Assembly (NCBI GenBank): GCA_964634945.1
Contig: CAZWMG010000002.1
Coordinates: forward strand, 38,661-102,660
From: an uncultured Planctomycetia bacterium
GTDB lineage: Bacteria; Omnitrophota; Gorgyraeia; JABMRG01
DNA: 64,000 bases
Direction: 5' to 3'
Below are positions 8,837 through 18,428 of the stretch, in pieces. The position numbers were made by a program, and so were the translations under genes. Within the stretch, counting starts at the first letter, position 1. Every line of letters starts with the position of its first letter. The notes under the pieces were generated by a model. That model searched no databases. It had not been told where the DNA came from and saw nothing but the letters and a program-made list of their open reading frames with translations.

Positions 8837-10663
8837 ATGCAAAACATTTCCCTAAACAATCTCTTGTCAAGAGCATCCAAGCAGAAGCATTATATCCTTC
8901 TCGAGACAAGCAGGACCGATAAGAGCAACAAAACCAGTTACCTATTTAAGAACCCACTAAAGATCGTATCATGTGATTCTCCCGGTCAAACAAAGCCCTC
9001 AATAGACAAAATAGAGTCTTTTTTAAAGAAAGGTTATTTCGCGGCGGGCTTTCTCTCCTATGAGGCAGGCTTTGCAATGGAAGACGCGCTTAAAGCAAAA
9101 GTGGGCCGCGGTTTTCCGCTTATCTGGTTTGGAATATTTAAAGATGTGGAAGCCTTTGACCATTCAAGGACTCAATTTAATGACGATATTTCTAAGGGTA
9201 CCTACAGGATAAAAGATGTGAAGCCGGAGGTATCTAAAAAAGAGTACATAAACTCTATAAAAAAGATAAAGGCTTATATAGAAAAAGGGGATACGTATCA
9301 GGTAAACCGCACCTTTAAGCTCGATTTTTCTTTTACCGGGTCCATTCCTGACCTTTATCTGTATCTTAGAAGAAAGCAGAGCGTATCATATTCAGCCCTT
9401 GTTAAGATTGACGAACAATATATACTCTCTTTCTCTCCGGAATTATTCTTTAAAAAAGATAAAGATTTTATACGGGTAAAACCGATGAAGGGGACTATTG
9501 GCAGGGGGCGCCTGTTTAATGAGGATACGCAAAACGCTAAGATGCTGCGCCTCTGCCCAAAGAACAGAAGTGAGAACATCATGATTGTAGATCTCCTGCG
9601 TAATGATCTAAGCAGGATATCCAGGAAAGGCTCAGTAAAGACCAGGAGATTTTTCTCGATAGAAAAATATGAATCACTCTTTCAGATGACCTCCACAGTA
9701 GAGAGCAAGGTGCGCAGAGGAGTCTCTCTGTATGAGCTTTTTAAAGCGACATTTCCCTCAGGTTCGGTAACAGGCGCGCCAAAGATAAGTTCAATGAAGA
9801 TAATAGATAAGCTTGAGAAAAGCCCCAGAAAAATATATACAGGAAGCATAGGCTTCCTGGCCCCTAAAGGAGAAAGCGCTTTTAGTGTCGCTATACGCAC
9901 ATTACTGATAGATAAGAATAAGAAAAAAGGAGAGATGGGTATTGGCAGCGGCATAGTCTATGATTCTGACCCCAAGAACGAGTATGATGAGTGTATATTA
10001 AAGGCGAAATTTTTAACGGAAAGAACAAAGGATTTTTCTCTTATCGAAACCCTGCTGTGGGAACCGAACAAGGGCTACCCTCTTCTCAAGTTCCACTTAG
10101 AAAGGCTCTCCGCGTCAGCGAAATATTTTGATTACTATTGCAGCAAAGCAATGGTGACAGCCTTTCTTAACAAGCTCACCAAGGTTTTTGACAATAGGGC
10201 GTATCGCGTGAGGCTCTTGCTTAGTAAAAACGCAGAAATTAGCGCCACGTATGATGTTATTGAAGAAGATAATAGCCCTAAGATAATTACTTTTTCAGAA
10301 AAAAAGACAGACTTCTCGGACAGATTTTTATTTCATAAGACCACGAACAGAAATATCTATGATAGAGAGCATAAGAAATATAAAAAACAAGGTTTTTTTG
10401 ATGTAATATTTTGCAATAGGAATAATGAGGTTACAGAGGGCGCGATATCTAATATTTTTATTAAAAAGGGCAACAAGTATTATACGCCGCCTAAGATGTG
10501 TGGTTTACTCGATGGCGTATATAAGAAACATCTTATTTCAAAAAAGATACTAAATATTGAAGAGAAGATATTGACGCCTAATGATATAAAAACAGCACAG
10601 AGAATATTTCTTACAAACGCTGTGCGAGGCACGGTTCCTGTAAAATATGTAAAAAAGGGCTAA
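8837..10663 (+). CDS. pabB: Aminodeoxychorismate synthase component I fused to class IV aminotransferase/ADC lyase (PabB-PabC)
   Basis: GDTYQVN, SPELFF, KPMKGT, ENIMIVDLLRNDL, FPSGSVTGAPK; C-terminal HKTTNR, TEGAISN, GLLDG, NAVRG. Confidence 0.92.
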   Translation: MQNISLNNLLSRASKQKHYILLETSRTDKSNKTSYLFKNPLKIVSCDSPGQTKPSIDKIESFLKKGYFAAGFLSYEAGFAMEDALKAKVGRGFPLIWFGIFKDVEAFDHSRTQFNDDISKGTYRIKDVKPEVSKKEYINSIKKIKAYIEKGDTYQVNRTFKLDFSFTGSIPDLYLYLRRKQSVSYSALVKIDEQYILSFSPELFFKKDKDFIRVKPMKGTIGRGRLFNEDTQNAKMLRLCPKNRSENIMIVDLLRNDLSRISRKGSVKTRRFFSIEKYESLFQMTSTVESKVRRGVSLYELFKATFPSGSVTGAPKISSMKIIDKLEKSPRKIYTGSIGFLAPKGESAFSVAIRTLLIDKNKKKGEMGIGSGIVYDSDPKNEYDECILKAKFLTERTKDFSLIETLLWEPNKGYPLLKFHLERLSASAKYFDYYCSKAMVTAFLNKLTKVFDNRAYRVRLLLSKNAEISATYDVIEEDNSPKIITFSEKKTDFSDRFLFHKTTNRNIYDREHKKYKKQGFFDVIFCNRNNEVTEGAISNIFIKKGNKYYTPPKMCGLLDGVYKKHLISKKILNIEEKILTPNDIKTAQRIFLTNAVRGTVPVKYVKKG

Positions 10664-10664
10664 T

Positions 10665-11495
10665 ATGCTTAAAAAGATTACGTTGCTTATTGCTTGTATT
10701 ATGTTGTCTACTCAGATCCTTTACGCGGGCCAGAACTTCACCACTTCCAACAGAAAGGCCGCGGAGAAGGTCAAAAAAGAAATTGTAATCGAACCTCCCC
10801 AACCGCAATTACCGGAGTATGAGTATCTTAAATATACGGTACGTTGGCTAGGCATACCTGTCGGATATATCACAGCTTCTATTAAAGGGATAAAAACTAT
10901 GCGCAACAGAAGGGCGTACCTGCTTGAGGTAGTCGTAAAAACAAACGCGTTCTGTTCAGCTATATATAAGATAGACGACCGCTTCTTATCTTACATGGAT
11001 GTTGAAGGAAAGTATACGTTACGCCATGAAGTCTACCGCAGGGAGGGTAGGTATAAAAAAGACGCTGTTACGGATTTTGATCAGATAGCGCATAGGGCGC
11101 ATTTTAAAAACTTCCTAGATGGTTCAGAAAAAGACTTTGACATACCCCCTAATGTGCAGGATACTTTAAGCGCATCTTATTATTTTAGATTGCTACCAGT
11201 GGATATAGGGGCAAGAATTGAGTATGCTGTATGCAATAATGAGGCTATTTATAAACTTTTAGGGGTTATCGAATCAAAAGATTTTATAAAGGTGCCGGGG
11301 TTAGGCAAAAGAGCGGCTTTTTTTATGCAGCCATATGCCAAGCTTAAGAAGAAGAGAGTAAAGAAGGGAAGGGCCAGTGGTTATTTTAGCACCGACTCAA
11401 AGAGACTGCCCTTATTGGCTGTTGTTCGAGCGCCTATACTTACAAAGGTTACAGCCTCATTATCAGAAATAGCATATGGACAAGATATAGAATAA
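10665..11495 (+). CDS. DUF3108-like exported protein
   Basis: Signal peptide; EYLKYTVRWLGIPVG, QDTLSASYYFR, STDSKRLPL. Confidence 0.75.
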   Translation: MLKKITLLIACIMLSTQILYAGQNFTTSNRKAAEKVKKEIVIEPPQPQLPEYEYLKYTVRWLGIPVGYITASIKGIKTMRNRRAYLLEVVVKTNAFCSAIYKIDDRFLSYMDVEGKYTLRHEVYRREGRYKKDAVTDFDQIAHRAHFKNFLDGSEKDFDIPPNVQDTLSASYYFRLLPVDIGARIEYAVCNNEAIYKLLGVIESKDFIKVPGLGKRAAFFMQPYAKLKKKRVKKGRASGYFSTDSKRLPLLAVVRAPILTKVTASLSEIAYGQDIE

Positions 11496-11576
11496 GTGGT
11501 ATATTATTTTTATACGATCCCGTCGTTAACTAAGAGATATAGATATAAAATAAAGCTTTTAAATTTATTACCTTGT

Positions 11577-11665
11577 GGAGAGGTGTCCGAGTTGGTTGAA
11601 GGAGCACGCTTGGAAAGCGTGTATACAGCAATGTATCCAGGGTTCGAATCCCTGCCTCTCCGCCA
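11577..11665 (+). tRNA. tRNA-Ser(GGA)
   Basis: GGAGAGG/CCTCTCC acceptor stem, anticodon arm CACGC-TTGGAAA-GCGTG, long variable arm, GGTTCGAATCC, encoded CCA. Confidence 0.97.
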
Positions 11666-11737
11666 CAGTTTTTTTAATCATCATAACTTTAATGTTGACA
11701 AGGAGATAAAAAAGTGATACATTAGTTAAAAAGGTAG

Positions 11738-11756
11738 CTTGCCCAAACGTTGCCCA
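11738..11756 (+). repeat. Tandem TTGCCCA pair (putative integrase arm-type site, left end)
   Basis: cttgcccaaacgttgccca; nearly identical to 23138-23156. Confidence 0.65.
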
Positions 11757-11770
11757 GAAAAGAAGATGTG

Positions 11771-12478
11771 ATGATAATGTGGCCGAAAAATATAGTAAAG
11801 AAAATTATTTTAGCAATCCAACTAAGGATTGCTTTTTTATTTAAACTAATGCACAGAAAGAGAGACTTAATTGTAAATACTCTTTTTGCTTTTGCGTTAA
11901 TAACTATATTTCTTGGAAAAAATAGAGGCCCACTTGACAGGCTATTAGGATTCATGTTAATTCTTGGTTTGTTAGGAATTTTAAGGGCTGCTTATCAAGC
12001 TTTTTGTGATATTGCTGATGAAAAAAAGAATTATCATCGCGTGATAATTATATGGCTTGCAATAGCAACTATTTTAACTTTTGCATATTCGCTAACAGAG
12101 TTTACTCGCCCAATAATTAACAGCGGTTTGATAGAACTCGATTACACTGTAGATGCTGATTTATTAATTCTCAATCCAGATAAAGGATTTAAGGCAAAGA
12201 AGATGCCGGGCTTAATTAATTGGCAAATATATTTCCCACGCGGAATACATGAAATAAAAAATATTGTGTGCGAATCTAAATCAACAAAAAAAAGAGTATC
12301 TTGGCAAGAATACGTAGACTTTGAAGTCAAAGATAATTATATTGAATCTCGACACGAATTTAATTTGCACCATCCCGATTGGCGCATAGGTAAGCTTATG
12401 ATTGTTTATGAGTATAGATTAAGTCCTATTGAATATTTCAAAACTCCTATAAAGATCTTTGTAGAAAGGTTTAAATAG
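11771..12478 (+). CDS. Hypothetical membrane protein
   Basis: About 3 hydrophobic helices then a soluble domain. Start uncertain (track uses TTG 11750). Confidence 0.55.
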   Translation: MIMWPKNIVKKIILAIQLRIAFLFKLMHRKRDLIVNTLFAFALITIFLGKNRGPLDRLLGFMLILGLLGILRAAYQAFCDIADEKKNYHRVIIIWLAIATILTFAYSLTEFTRPIINSGLIELDYTVDADLLILNPDKGFKAKKMPGLINWQIYFPRGIHEIKNIVCESKSTKKRVSWQEYVDFEVKDNYIESRHEFNLHHPDWRIGKLMIVYEYRLSPIEYFKTPIKIFVERFK

Positions 12479-12483
12479 TAAAG

Positions 12484-13515
12484 ATGGCAACCTTACGAAA
12501 ACATCAAAGTGGAACGTATTTTATAGATTATCGCTTAAGTGGTAAGCGATTACGTAAGACTGTGCCCACTAAGTCTAAGAAAATGGCAGATCTTGTTTTG
12601 AAAGAGTTTGAAGTTAATCTTGCCAAAGGAGAGTTAGGTTATGCTGTAAAAGACGAAGTCCTGGAGAAGCTGTTTAGTGACTACCTAAAATATTCCAAAA
12701 CCCACCATTCACAAGGCACCCAAAATAGATATAGAGCTATATTAGATAATTTTAGGCGTTTTCTTAAGAGTTACCCCCATATTTCAAAAATATCTCAAAT
12801 GGATACAAGGCTGTTTGAAGATTATAAAACTTCTCGCTATGAGGAAGAAGTGAGTAATAAAACTATCAACATTGAATTACGAACGATTCGTGCTATGTTT
12901 GCACTTGCTAAGCAATGGGGCTATATCAAAGAAAATCCTACAGATGGTGTGAAATTCTTAAAGGTTAGAAAGGATGATAAGCCACGCTTTCTTTCCAAAG
13001 ATGAGTGTAAGAAGCTATTAGACGCATGTAACAAATGGGAATATCCAGTTTTTTATGCTTTTCTCTATACAGGCATGAGAAAAAGCGAGTTACTTTTTTT
13101 AACATGGAATGATGTTGATTTTGTGAGAGGCAAGATAAAAATAAGGGCCAAAGAAGGTTGGGTACCTAAGACCTCGGAGAGAGAAATACCTGTTAATAAT
13201 GGCCTCAAAGAGCTTCTGCAAGGCCTCAGGGCCACGAAAAAGAGCGAATGGGTGTTCTGTGATGAACGGGGCCAGCAAATCGAAAACAACCGTCTTAGAA
13301 AACGCCTCATGAGCATAGCAAAGCGGTGTGGTTTTGGTGATGTGACAAAACTACATACCCTCCGCCACACTTTTGCAAGCCATCTTGTTATGAGCAGCGT
13401 GGATCTGCCCACAGTAAAGAAACTTATGGGGCACTCAGACATACAAACAACAATGATATATTCTCATTTAGCAGATGAGCATGTAGATAAAGCAGTAGAG
13501 AAACTGGAGTTTTAA
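12484..13515 (+). CDS. Tyrosine recombinase / phage-type integrase
   Basis: N-terminal arm-binding-type beta domain; TGMRKSE, HTLRHTFASHL, MGHSDIQTTMIY catalytic motifs. Confidence 0.95.
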   Translation: MATLRKHQSGTYFIDYRLSGKRLRKTVPTKSKKMADLVLKEFEVNLAKGELGYAVKDEVLEKLFSDYLKYSKTHHSQGTQNRYRAILDNFRRFLKSYPHISKISQMDTRLFEDYKTSRYEEEVSNKTINIELRTIRAMFALAKQWGYIKENPTDGVKFLKVRKDDKPRFLSKDECKKLLDACNKWEYPVFYAFLYTGMRKSELLFLTWNDVDFVRGKIKIRAKEGWVPKTSEREIPVNNGLKELLQGLRATKKSEWVFCDERGQQIENNRLRKRLMSIAKRCGFGDVTKLHTLRHTFASHLVMSSVDLPTVKKLMGHSDIQTTMIYSHLADEHVDKAVEKLEF

Positions 13516-14205
13516 ATGAAGTTCAAAGGAGTGAATTTAAATAAAATAGATAAGATGGGAGCCCTAGCTTTTAAAAATTGCTTAAGGTTACATTTTGATT
13601 CCATAGTGCTATTTAACAGTAAGTCATATCCTTCGGCGTTGTATTTTTCAATACTATCCCTTGAAGAATTTGGCAAAGCTATTTTATTATCTGATTTTGT
13701 GTGGCACTCTAGAGTAGACGGGAGATATAATGCAGTTCAAGATAAAGATCTTAAAAAAGAATTTGGAGAAGACTTAGAACATTATGTTTTAAAGGAAATT
13801 TATTCACATAGTTATAAACAGCGATATTTTGCTTCTGAAATGTTACAATCACGGAAGAAACCATCACGTCTATTTAAAAGTATAGTCAATAATGAGCTTG
13901 AGACAGAGAAGCAAAACTCGATGTATGTAGGATTTACTAGAAAGAAAGGCAAGATAGATTTCAAAAGCAAGATAAAGCACCCATTCAACATAAAAAGAGA
14001 AAAAGTTTTAAAGCAGATAACTAGGCTTAATGATATACTTTTAGAATTAGTGTTACTTGACATAATATACAATGAAGGCTACTTATTTAACTTGGAGTCA
14101 TCGGAGAGCATTGTAACAAAGCAATTGTATCAAAAGTTATTTGACGTATGGAAATTTAAAAGCAAGCCTGTTTTGCGAAGGTTAAAAAAATGTCAAAAAA
14201 TATAG
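13516..14205 (+). CDS. abiV: AbiV-family (HEPN) abortive infection protein
   Basis: NCLRLHFDSIVLF...YPSALYFSILSLEEFGKA, HSYKQ and KQNSMYV match the AbiV pattern. Confidence 0.8.
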   Translation: MKFKGVNLNKIDKMGALAFKNCLRLHFDSIVLFNSKSYPSALYFSILSLEEFGKAILLSDFVWHSRVDGRYNAVQDKDLKKEFGEDLEHYVLKEIYSHSYKQRYFASEMLQSRKKPSRLFKSIVNNELETEKQNSMYVGFTRKKGKIDFKSKIKHPFNIKREKVLKQITRLNDILLELVLLDIIYNEGYLFNLESSESIVTKQLYQKLFDVWKFKSKPVLRRLKKCQKI

Positions 14206-14387
14206 ATTAGTACTAATGTGTCTCGAATTTACTCTTGCACACTATAGCATGAATGTAACTACATAATATCTATATAGTTAAATAAGAAACATAAAGTATA
14301 ACATATTAATCTTAGCAGATAAGCATATGAATACAGCAGTTAAGAAGTTGAAGTTTTAATTGAAAAAGTGTTAACTGGGGTAGACTA

Positions 14388-15227
14388 ATGAACCAATTTT
14401 TCTATGGGATTATTTTTCTTGTTTATGGTGCCGGATTTTTTAGTATTGTATATGGAATAATAAGACTTGTTTTATCATATGTGAAATTCGCAAAAACTTT
14501 TAATGGTACTGCTAAAGACTCGATTCTTGCCTGGGTCTTTAACGTAACTAAGAAAGTTAAATATTTTGCTTCTAAAAATAAAATAGAGGAACTAACAAGA
14601 ATTAGACCAAATTACGCTCGGTTTTTTAATACCATATGCATGATGGTTGTCTTCTTGATTAATGCCCCAATATTTTTTATACAAATGGGTTTAGTCTTAT
14701 TATGCGGAAATGTAGAATTTCTTTGGTGGTTACCGTTAAGCTTATACGACATTTGGCACATTTTTATCATTATTTTTTCTTTCTACTTAGCTGTAAGTAA
14801 ATTTTACTACTTATCTATTTTTATAGCATTTTTAATGGTCATATTAGGGTTGTCTGAAGTTTTAGACAATTTCAAGCGAGATGAGGAGGGGAAGATGAGA
14901 ATAGAGGTTATGCCAAAACATAAAATTAGAATATTATCTATTCTCATAGATTTCCTTATTATTATTCTGGCATATGGTGCTATTTATTTTTCTATTTTCA
15001 ATATTAATAATAATACATTTGCCAAAAGCTTAACTATATTTGATTCTGTGTACTTTAGCTTTATCACTATTTCCACAGTTGGGTATGGAGACATAGCGCC
15101 TACAAATGTTCTGTCTAAAGCGTTAGTTGTTTCAGAAATTATTGTGGGATACACTTTTCTAGTTATTGTTTTTGCTGTATATATTAATGTATGGATTAGG
15201 CGAACTACGGAAAGCGAAAAAAAATAG
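14388..15227 (+). CDS. Potassium channel family protein (Ion_trans_2 pore) with extra N-terminal TMs
   Basis: YFSFITISTVGYGDIAP selectivity filter. Confidence 0.85.
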   Translation: MNQFFYGIIFLVYGAGFFSIVYGIIRLVLSYVKFAKTFNGTAKDSILAWVFNVTKKVKYFASKNKIEELTRIRPNYARFFNTICMMVVFLINAPIFFIQMGLVLLCGNVEFLWWLPLSLYDIWHIFIIIFSFYLAVSKFYYLSIFIAFLMVILGLSEVLDNFKRDEEGKMRIEVMPKHKIRILSILIDFLIIILAYGAIYFSIFNINNNTFAKSLTIFDSVYFSFITISTVGYGDIAPTNVLSKALVVSEIIVGYTFLVIVFAVYINVWIRRTTESEKK

Positions 15228-15290
15228 TTTGAAATTCAATGAAAAGAATGAGAACAAGGTGTTCTTTAATGATATTTAGGAGGTGAAAAA

Positions 15291-15485
15291 ATGGCTATAT
15301 TTCTTTTTTTATTATGTGCATTAAGTTTTTTCTCTGGGGTTATGGCTACAATAACAGCTACAACAATATTTCAGCAGATTATAGGAGCTATATCTTTATT
15401 ATCAGCAGCTATTTTGTTAATAGGTGCAAGTGCTGTTAATGCGATAGACAAATTAACACTTGAGATAAGAAAAGAAAAAAAGTAA
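15291..15485 (+). CDS. Small two-TM membrane protein
   Basis: Strong RBS AGGAGGTG; two hydrophobic helices and basic tail. Confidence 0.65.
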   Translation: MAIFLFLLCALSFFSGVMATITATTIFQQIIGAISLLSAAILLIGASAVNAIDKLTLEIRKEKK

Positions 15486-15557
15486 AAAAGTATTTAGGTG
15501 GCTGAAAATATAAGCGACGGATAAGGTGTTCTTAAGTAAAGAATAGCGAGGCGTGAG

Positions 15558-15941
15558 ATGAAAAAGAGTATTTTGTTTCAAATTTTACTTGTTATTATTT
15601 TATCAATACCTAACTATGTAAAAGCAGAGGAATGGCAAAATATTTGCCCTGACCCAAATGTTATATATTGTGATAATGTAGGAAAGGACGCCTACAACAA
15701 CAATATAAATCCCCCTTTCTTAAGAGGTATTAAGCTCGGTAAAATAATAGGTGTTACTTGGAGACCAAAAGGTAGTGTAGTGGGTATTTCAGAAGCTATG
15801 CCAGAAGCAGGAATACCAAAAGAGGTAAGAAAATCGCCCAGAGATGCTTATTATTACATAATAGACGATGGAATGGTAGATGCCAAAGGAAAGAAGAAGC
15901 CTCCTTTTCTCAGGCAATGCAGGGAAATAGATGCAAAGTAA
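15558..15941 (+). CDS. Exported hypothetical protein
   Basis: Signal peptide MKKSILF...VKA. Confidence 0.6.
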   Translation: MKKSILFQILLVIILSIPNYVKAEEWQNICPDPNVIYCDNVGKDAYNNNINPPFLRGIKLGKIIGVTWRPKGSVVGISEAMPEAGIPKEVRKSPRDAYYYIIDDGMVDAKGKKKPPFLRQCREIDAK

Positions 15942-16077
15942 AAGAGTATGGTTTAGATAGGCAGGCAAAGGGTGAAGAACAGATAGTTCTAGTGCAAAAG
16001 TATTTGTAAAATAAAAATGGGGTGATATAATAAAAATATAAGATTTTAATAGGAACGTAGCTTTTCTTATCGAAAAT

Positions 16078-16189
16078 CAACACGCTAGAAGAAAAGGACT
16101 ATGTCCCAAGCACGAAAGTGCTTTGGGGCAAGCGGTCTTTGCTTTCACTAGCGTGTTGGGCTTAGACTTAAAAATGCTTGCCCTTTTTT
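16078..16189 (+). ncRNA. Candidate structured leader RNA / attenuator
   Basis: 11-bp outer stem 16078-16088/16148-16158, GAAA-capped inner hairpin, alternative helix 16126-16133/16176-16183 followed by T6; extended -10 TGATATAAT upstream. Confidence 0.5.
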
Positions 16190-16224
16190 ATTGAGAAGGC
16201 ATAGCGAAATAGGAGAAGAACACA

Positions 16225-16470
16225 ATGAAAAAAATAATCTTATTATTCACACAAAAAATTGAATGGTGTTTAACGTTAATAGGTTCTTTTATGGTTACTT
16301 CAGGCATAATAAATTTTTCTTCTGGCTGCGAGTTTAAACTTGGGGGGAAAGCGACTTATGCCTATTATTACTATTACAGTACACATGATAAAATTATAAT
16401 TACATTAGGTGTTGTTTTCTTAGCGCTAGGCATATTGATATATAAAGAAAAACGAGCCAAACAACAATAG
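16225..16470 (+). CDS. Small two-TM membrane protein
   Basis: RBS AGGAG; two hydrophobic segments. Confidence 0.6.
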   Translation: MKKIILLFTQKIEWCLTLIGSFMVTSGIINFSSGCEFKLGGKATYAYYYYYSTHDKIIITLGVVFLALGILIYKEKRAKQQ

Positions 16471-16478
16471 AAATGGTA

Positions 16479-16507
16479 TTGACAATAATAAACTATAGGC
16501 ATATAAT
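16479..16507 (+). promoter_or_regulatory. Perfect-consensus sigma70 promoter
   Basis: TTGACA(16479-84)-17 nt-TATAAT(16502-07). Confidence 0.85.
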
Positions 16508-16570
16508 ATGTATGAAAATTTGATAAGTCCCGTGTTAGAAGGGGGAAACCCGGACTTTAAAAAAGTAAAA

Positions 16571-16601
16571 CCTTCGCTCAAAAGGCGGAGGCTTTTTATT
16601 T
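16571..16601 (+). terminator. Intrinsic terminator in leader upstream of NUDIX gene
   Basis: CCTTCGC/GCGGAGG stem followed by a T-rich tail. Confidence 0.55.
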
Positions 16602-16614
16602 GAAAGGACAATAA

Positions 16615-17367
16615 ATGGGTAAGGAGTTTTCGGCAGGAGCTATTATTTTTCGAAAGCCAGAAAACTGGGCACTTTTTCTACTTGTTTATAGCAAAAGAAA
16701 TAAAATATGGTGTTTTCCAAAAGGACATATAGAGCCCGAAGAAAGTGAAAAAGAAGCAGCGCTGAGGGAGATAAAAGAAGAGACAGGCATATCTGACCTA
16801 AGATTTGTTGATGGTTTTAGGGAAGAGGATATATATAAGACGAAAAGCAATAGAGGCAAGCACGAAGGAGAGATTATAGAGAAGCATTCTATATACTTTT
16901 TATGTGAAACATCATCTGGGTTATCGAGTGAAGATATTGTAGTTGATGGTAGCGAAATAGCAGATTATAAATGGCTTTCTTTATCTGATGCTAAAAAGTT
17001 GCTTACTTTTGACAGCTTAATAGTGTTGGTAAAAAAAGCAGAAGTATTTGCACATTTAGACATTCCTAAAAATACACAATGGAAAAGGATAGCAATCAGT
17101 CATAAGATTGACCGATATGTATTAGATATCTCTAAATATACATTGCCATACTATGAAGTACAACGAATTGACATTGGTGGAGATGATCACAGAGTGTATT
17201 TTGTAGTTCCTGGTAATCACTTTGGTATGCCTTATGGCAAAGACATAAGAGACTTGATTGATGAATGCAGCAAATATTGGAAAGGCCCATACTACGATCA
17301 CATAAAGGCAATTAAGGAAGATTCAAAAAAAAGAGGTTTACCATCCGATATTGAAGCGGATAAATAA
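16615..17367 (+). CDS. NUDIX hydrolase (Ap4A-hydrolase-like) with extra ~100-aa C-terminal domain
   Basis: SAGAII, WCFPKGHIEPEESEKEAALREIKEETG Nudix box. Confidence 0.85.
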   Translation: MGKEFSAGAIIFRKPENWALFLLVYSKRNKIWCFPKGHIEPEESEKEAALREIKEETGISDLRFVDGFREEDIYKTKSNRGKHEGEIIEKHSIYFLCETSSGLSSEDIVVDGSEIADYKWLSLSDAKKLLTFDSLIVLVKKAEVFAHLDIPKNTQWKRIAISHKIDRYVLDISKYTLPYYEVQRIDIGGDDHRVYFVVPGNHFGMPYGKDIRDLIDECSKYWKGPYYDHIKAIKEDSKKRGLPSDIEADK

Positions 17368-17368
17368 T

Positions 17369-18070
17369 ATGAAGATTTTATTCAGTTTTTTTGTAATAGT
17401 TTTCTTTGCAGTCCCTATATGTATGGCAGATGAGTTAATTCCTCAACAAATAGAATGGGAAGGTAGAACATATGATCTTGCTCCTTGGGACGATCGTAAC
17501 AAAAGTGTAGTTTATGGTGATTTTGATGGAGATGGTGAAGAGGAAGCCATAGTTAATTTTCGGGTTGTTGAAGAGGGTGATACCGATATTCAGTTTCCGC
17601 ATGTATTCCATATTATATACGATGATGTTGATAGCCATCCCCGTATTGTTAAAACTATTAAATCTATAGATGAGCGCTTAGATAAAGTATTGCTGATAGA
17701 TTTACCGGATAAACAAGGGAAGTCACGCAAGACAATAGCTATTTTTGGTTCAGGTGGTAATCATTATACAGCTCTTGAAATATACCAATATAGAAATGGT
17801 GACTATGGAAGGATATTTGTAAATGGTAGTGCTTGTCCAGTAGAAATTAAAGAGGATGCAGATCCTTTGCAAATATGGGTAGGAAGGGCTAACTGGGAAA
17901 AAGAAGGTTGGTGTTATGCAGACTTGAATTACCTATGGCAAGTATATAATTGGGATGGAGAGCGATTTAATTATAGTGATGAGCTTAGCACTTGTATTGA
18001 AATAACGGAAGAACAAGAGCTCTCGAGATTCATAGCACAATTTAGGGATAAAACGGAAGATTTGAGTTGA
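17369..18070 (+). CDS. Exported acidic hypothetical protein (FG-GAP-like motif)
   Basis: Signal peptide from ATG 17369; GDFDGDGEEE. Confidence 0.6.
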   Translation: MKILFSFFVIVFFAVPICMADELIPQQIEWEGRTYDLAPWDDRNKSVVYGDFDGDGEEEAIVNFRVVEEGDTDIQFPHVFHIIYDDVDSHPRIVKTIKSIDERLDKVLLIDLPDKQGKSRKTIAIFGSGGNHYTALEIYQYRNGDYGRIFVNGSACPVEIKEDADPLQIWVGRANWEKEGWCYADLNYLWQVYNWDGERFNYSDELSTCIEITEEQELSRFIAQFRDKTEDLS

Positions 18071-18373
18071 TCTAAAAAGTGGTTTCTGGCATTTTTTACT
18101 TGTTTTTTTGAAAATCTATGATACTATATTAAATAGGTAAAGTTCTTTATATAGTTAAAAAGCTAATAAAAATGTTTCGGTACTCGTTTTCGGTAGCGAT
18201 AATTACCGGTTTTATGCTGAAGCAGGAGGCGTGGAACCTCAAAAAAAACCATCTTTGGCAAATGGCGACATAGCACAAAGAAATTAGCGCGTAGAGCTTA
18301 ACTTATAACGCATATAAGCATAGAGTTCAACACAGGGAGATAGTGTACCCTAGTTGGGCTCTTTTCATTGTAG

Positions 18374-18407
18374 ACCCATTAGGATGCATAATCTTAGTGG
18401 GTTTTTT
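18374..18407 (+). terminator. Terminator-like hairpin immediately upstream of spoVG RBS
   Basis: ACCCATTAGGAT/ATCTTAGTGGGT stem followed by a T run. Confidence 0.55.
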
Positions 18408-18428
18408 ATTTTAATAGGAGACATAGAA

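Noticed and set aside
11496-11717. 73-aa ORF
   Set aside because: Overlaps tRNA-Ser; spurious.
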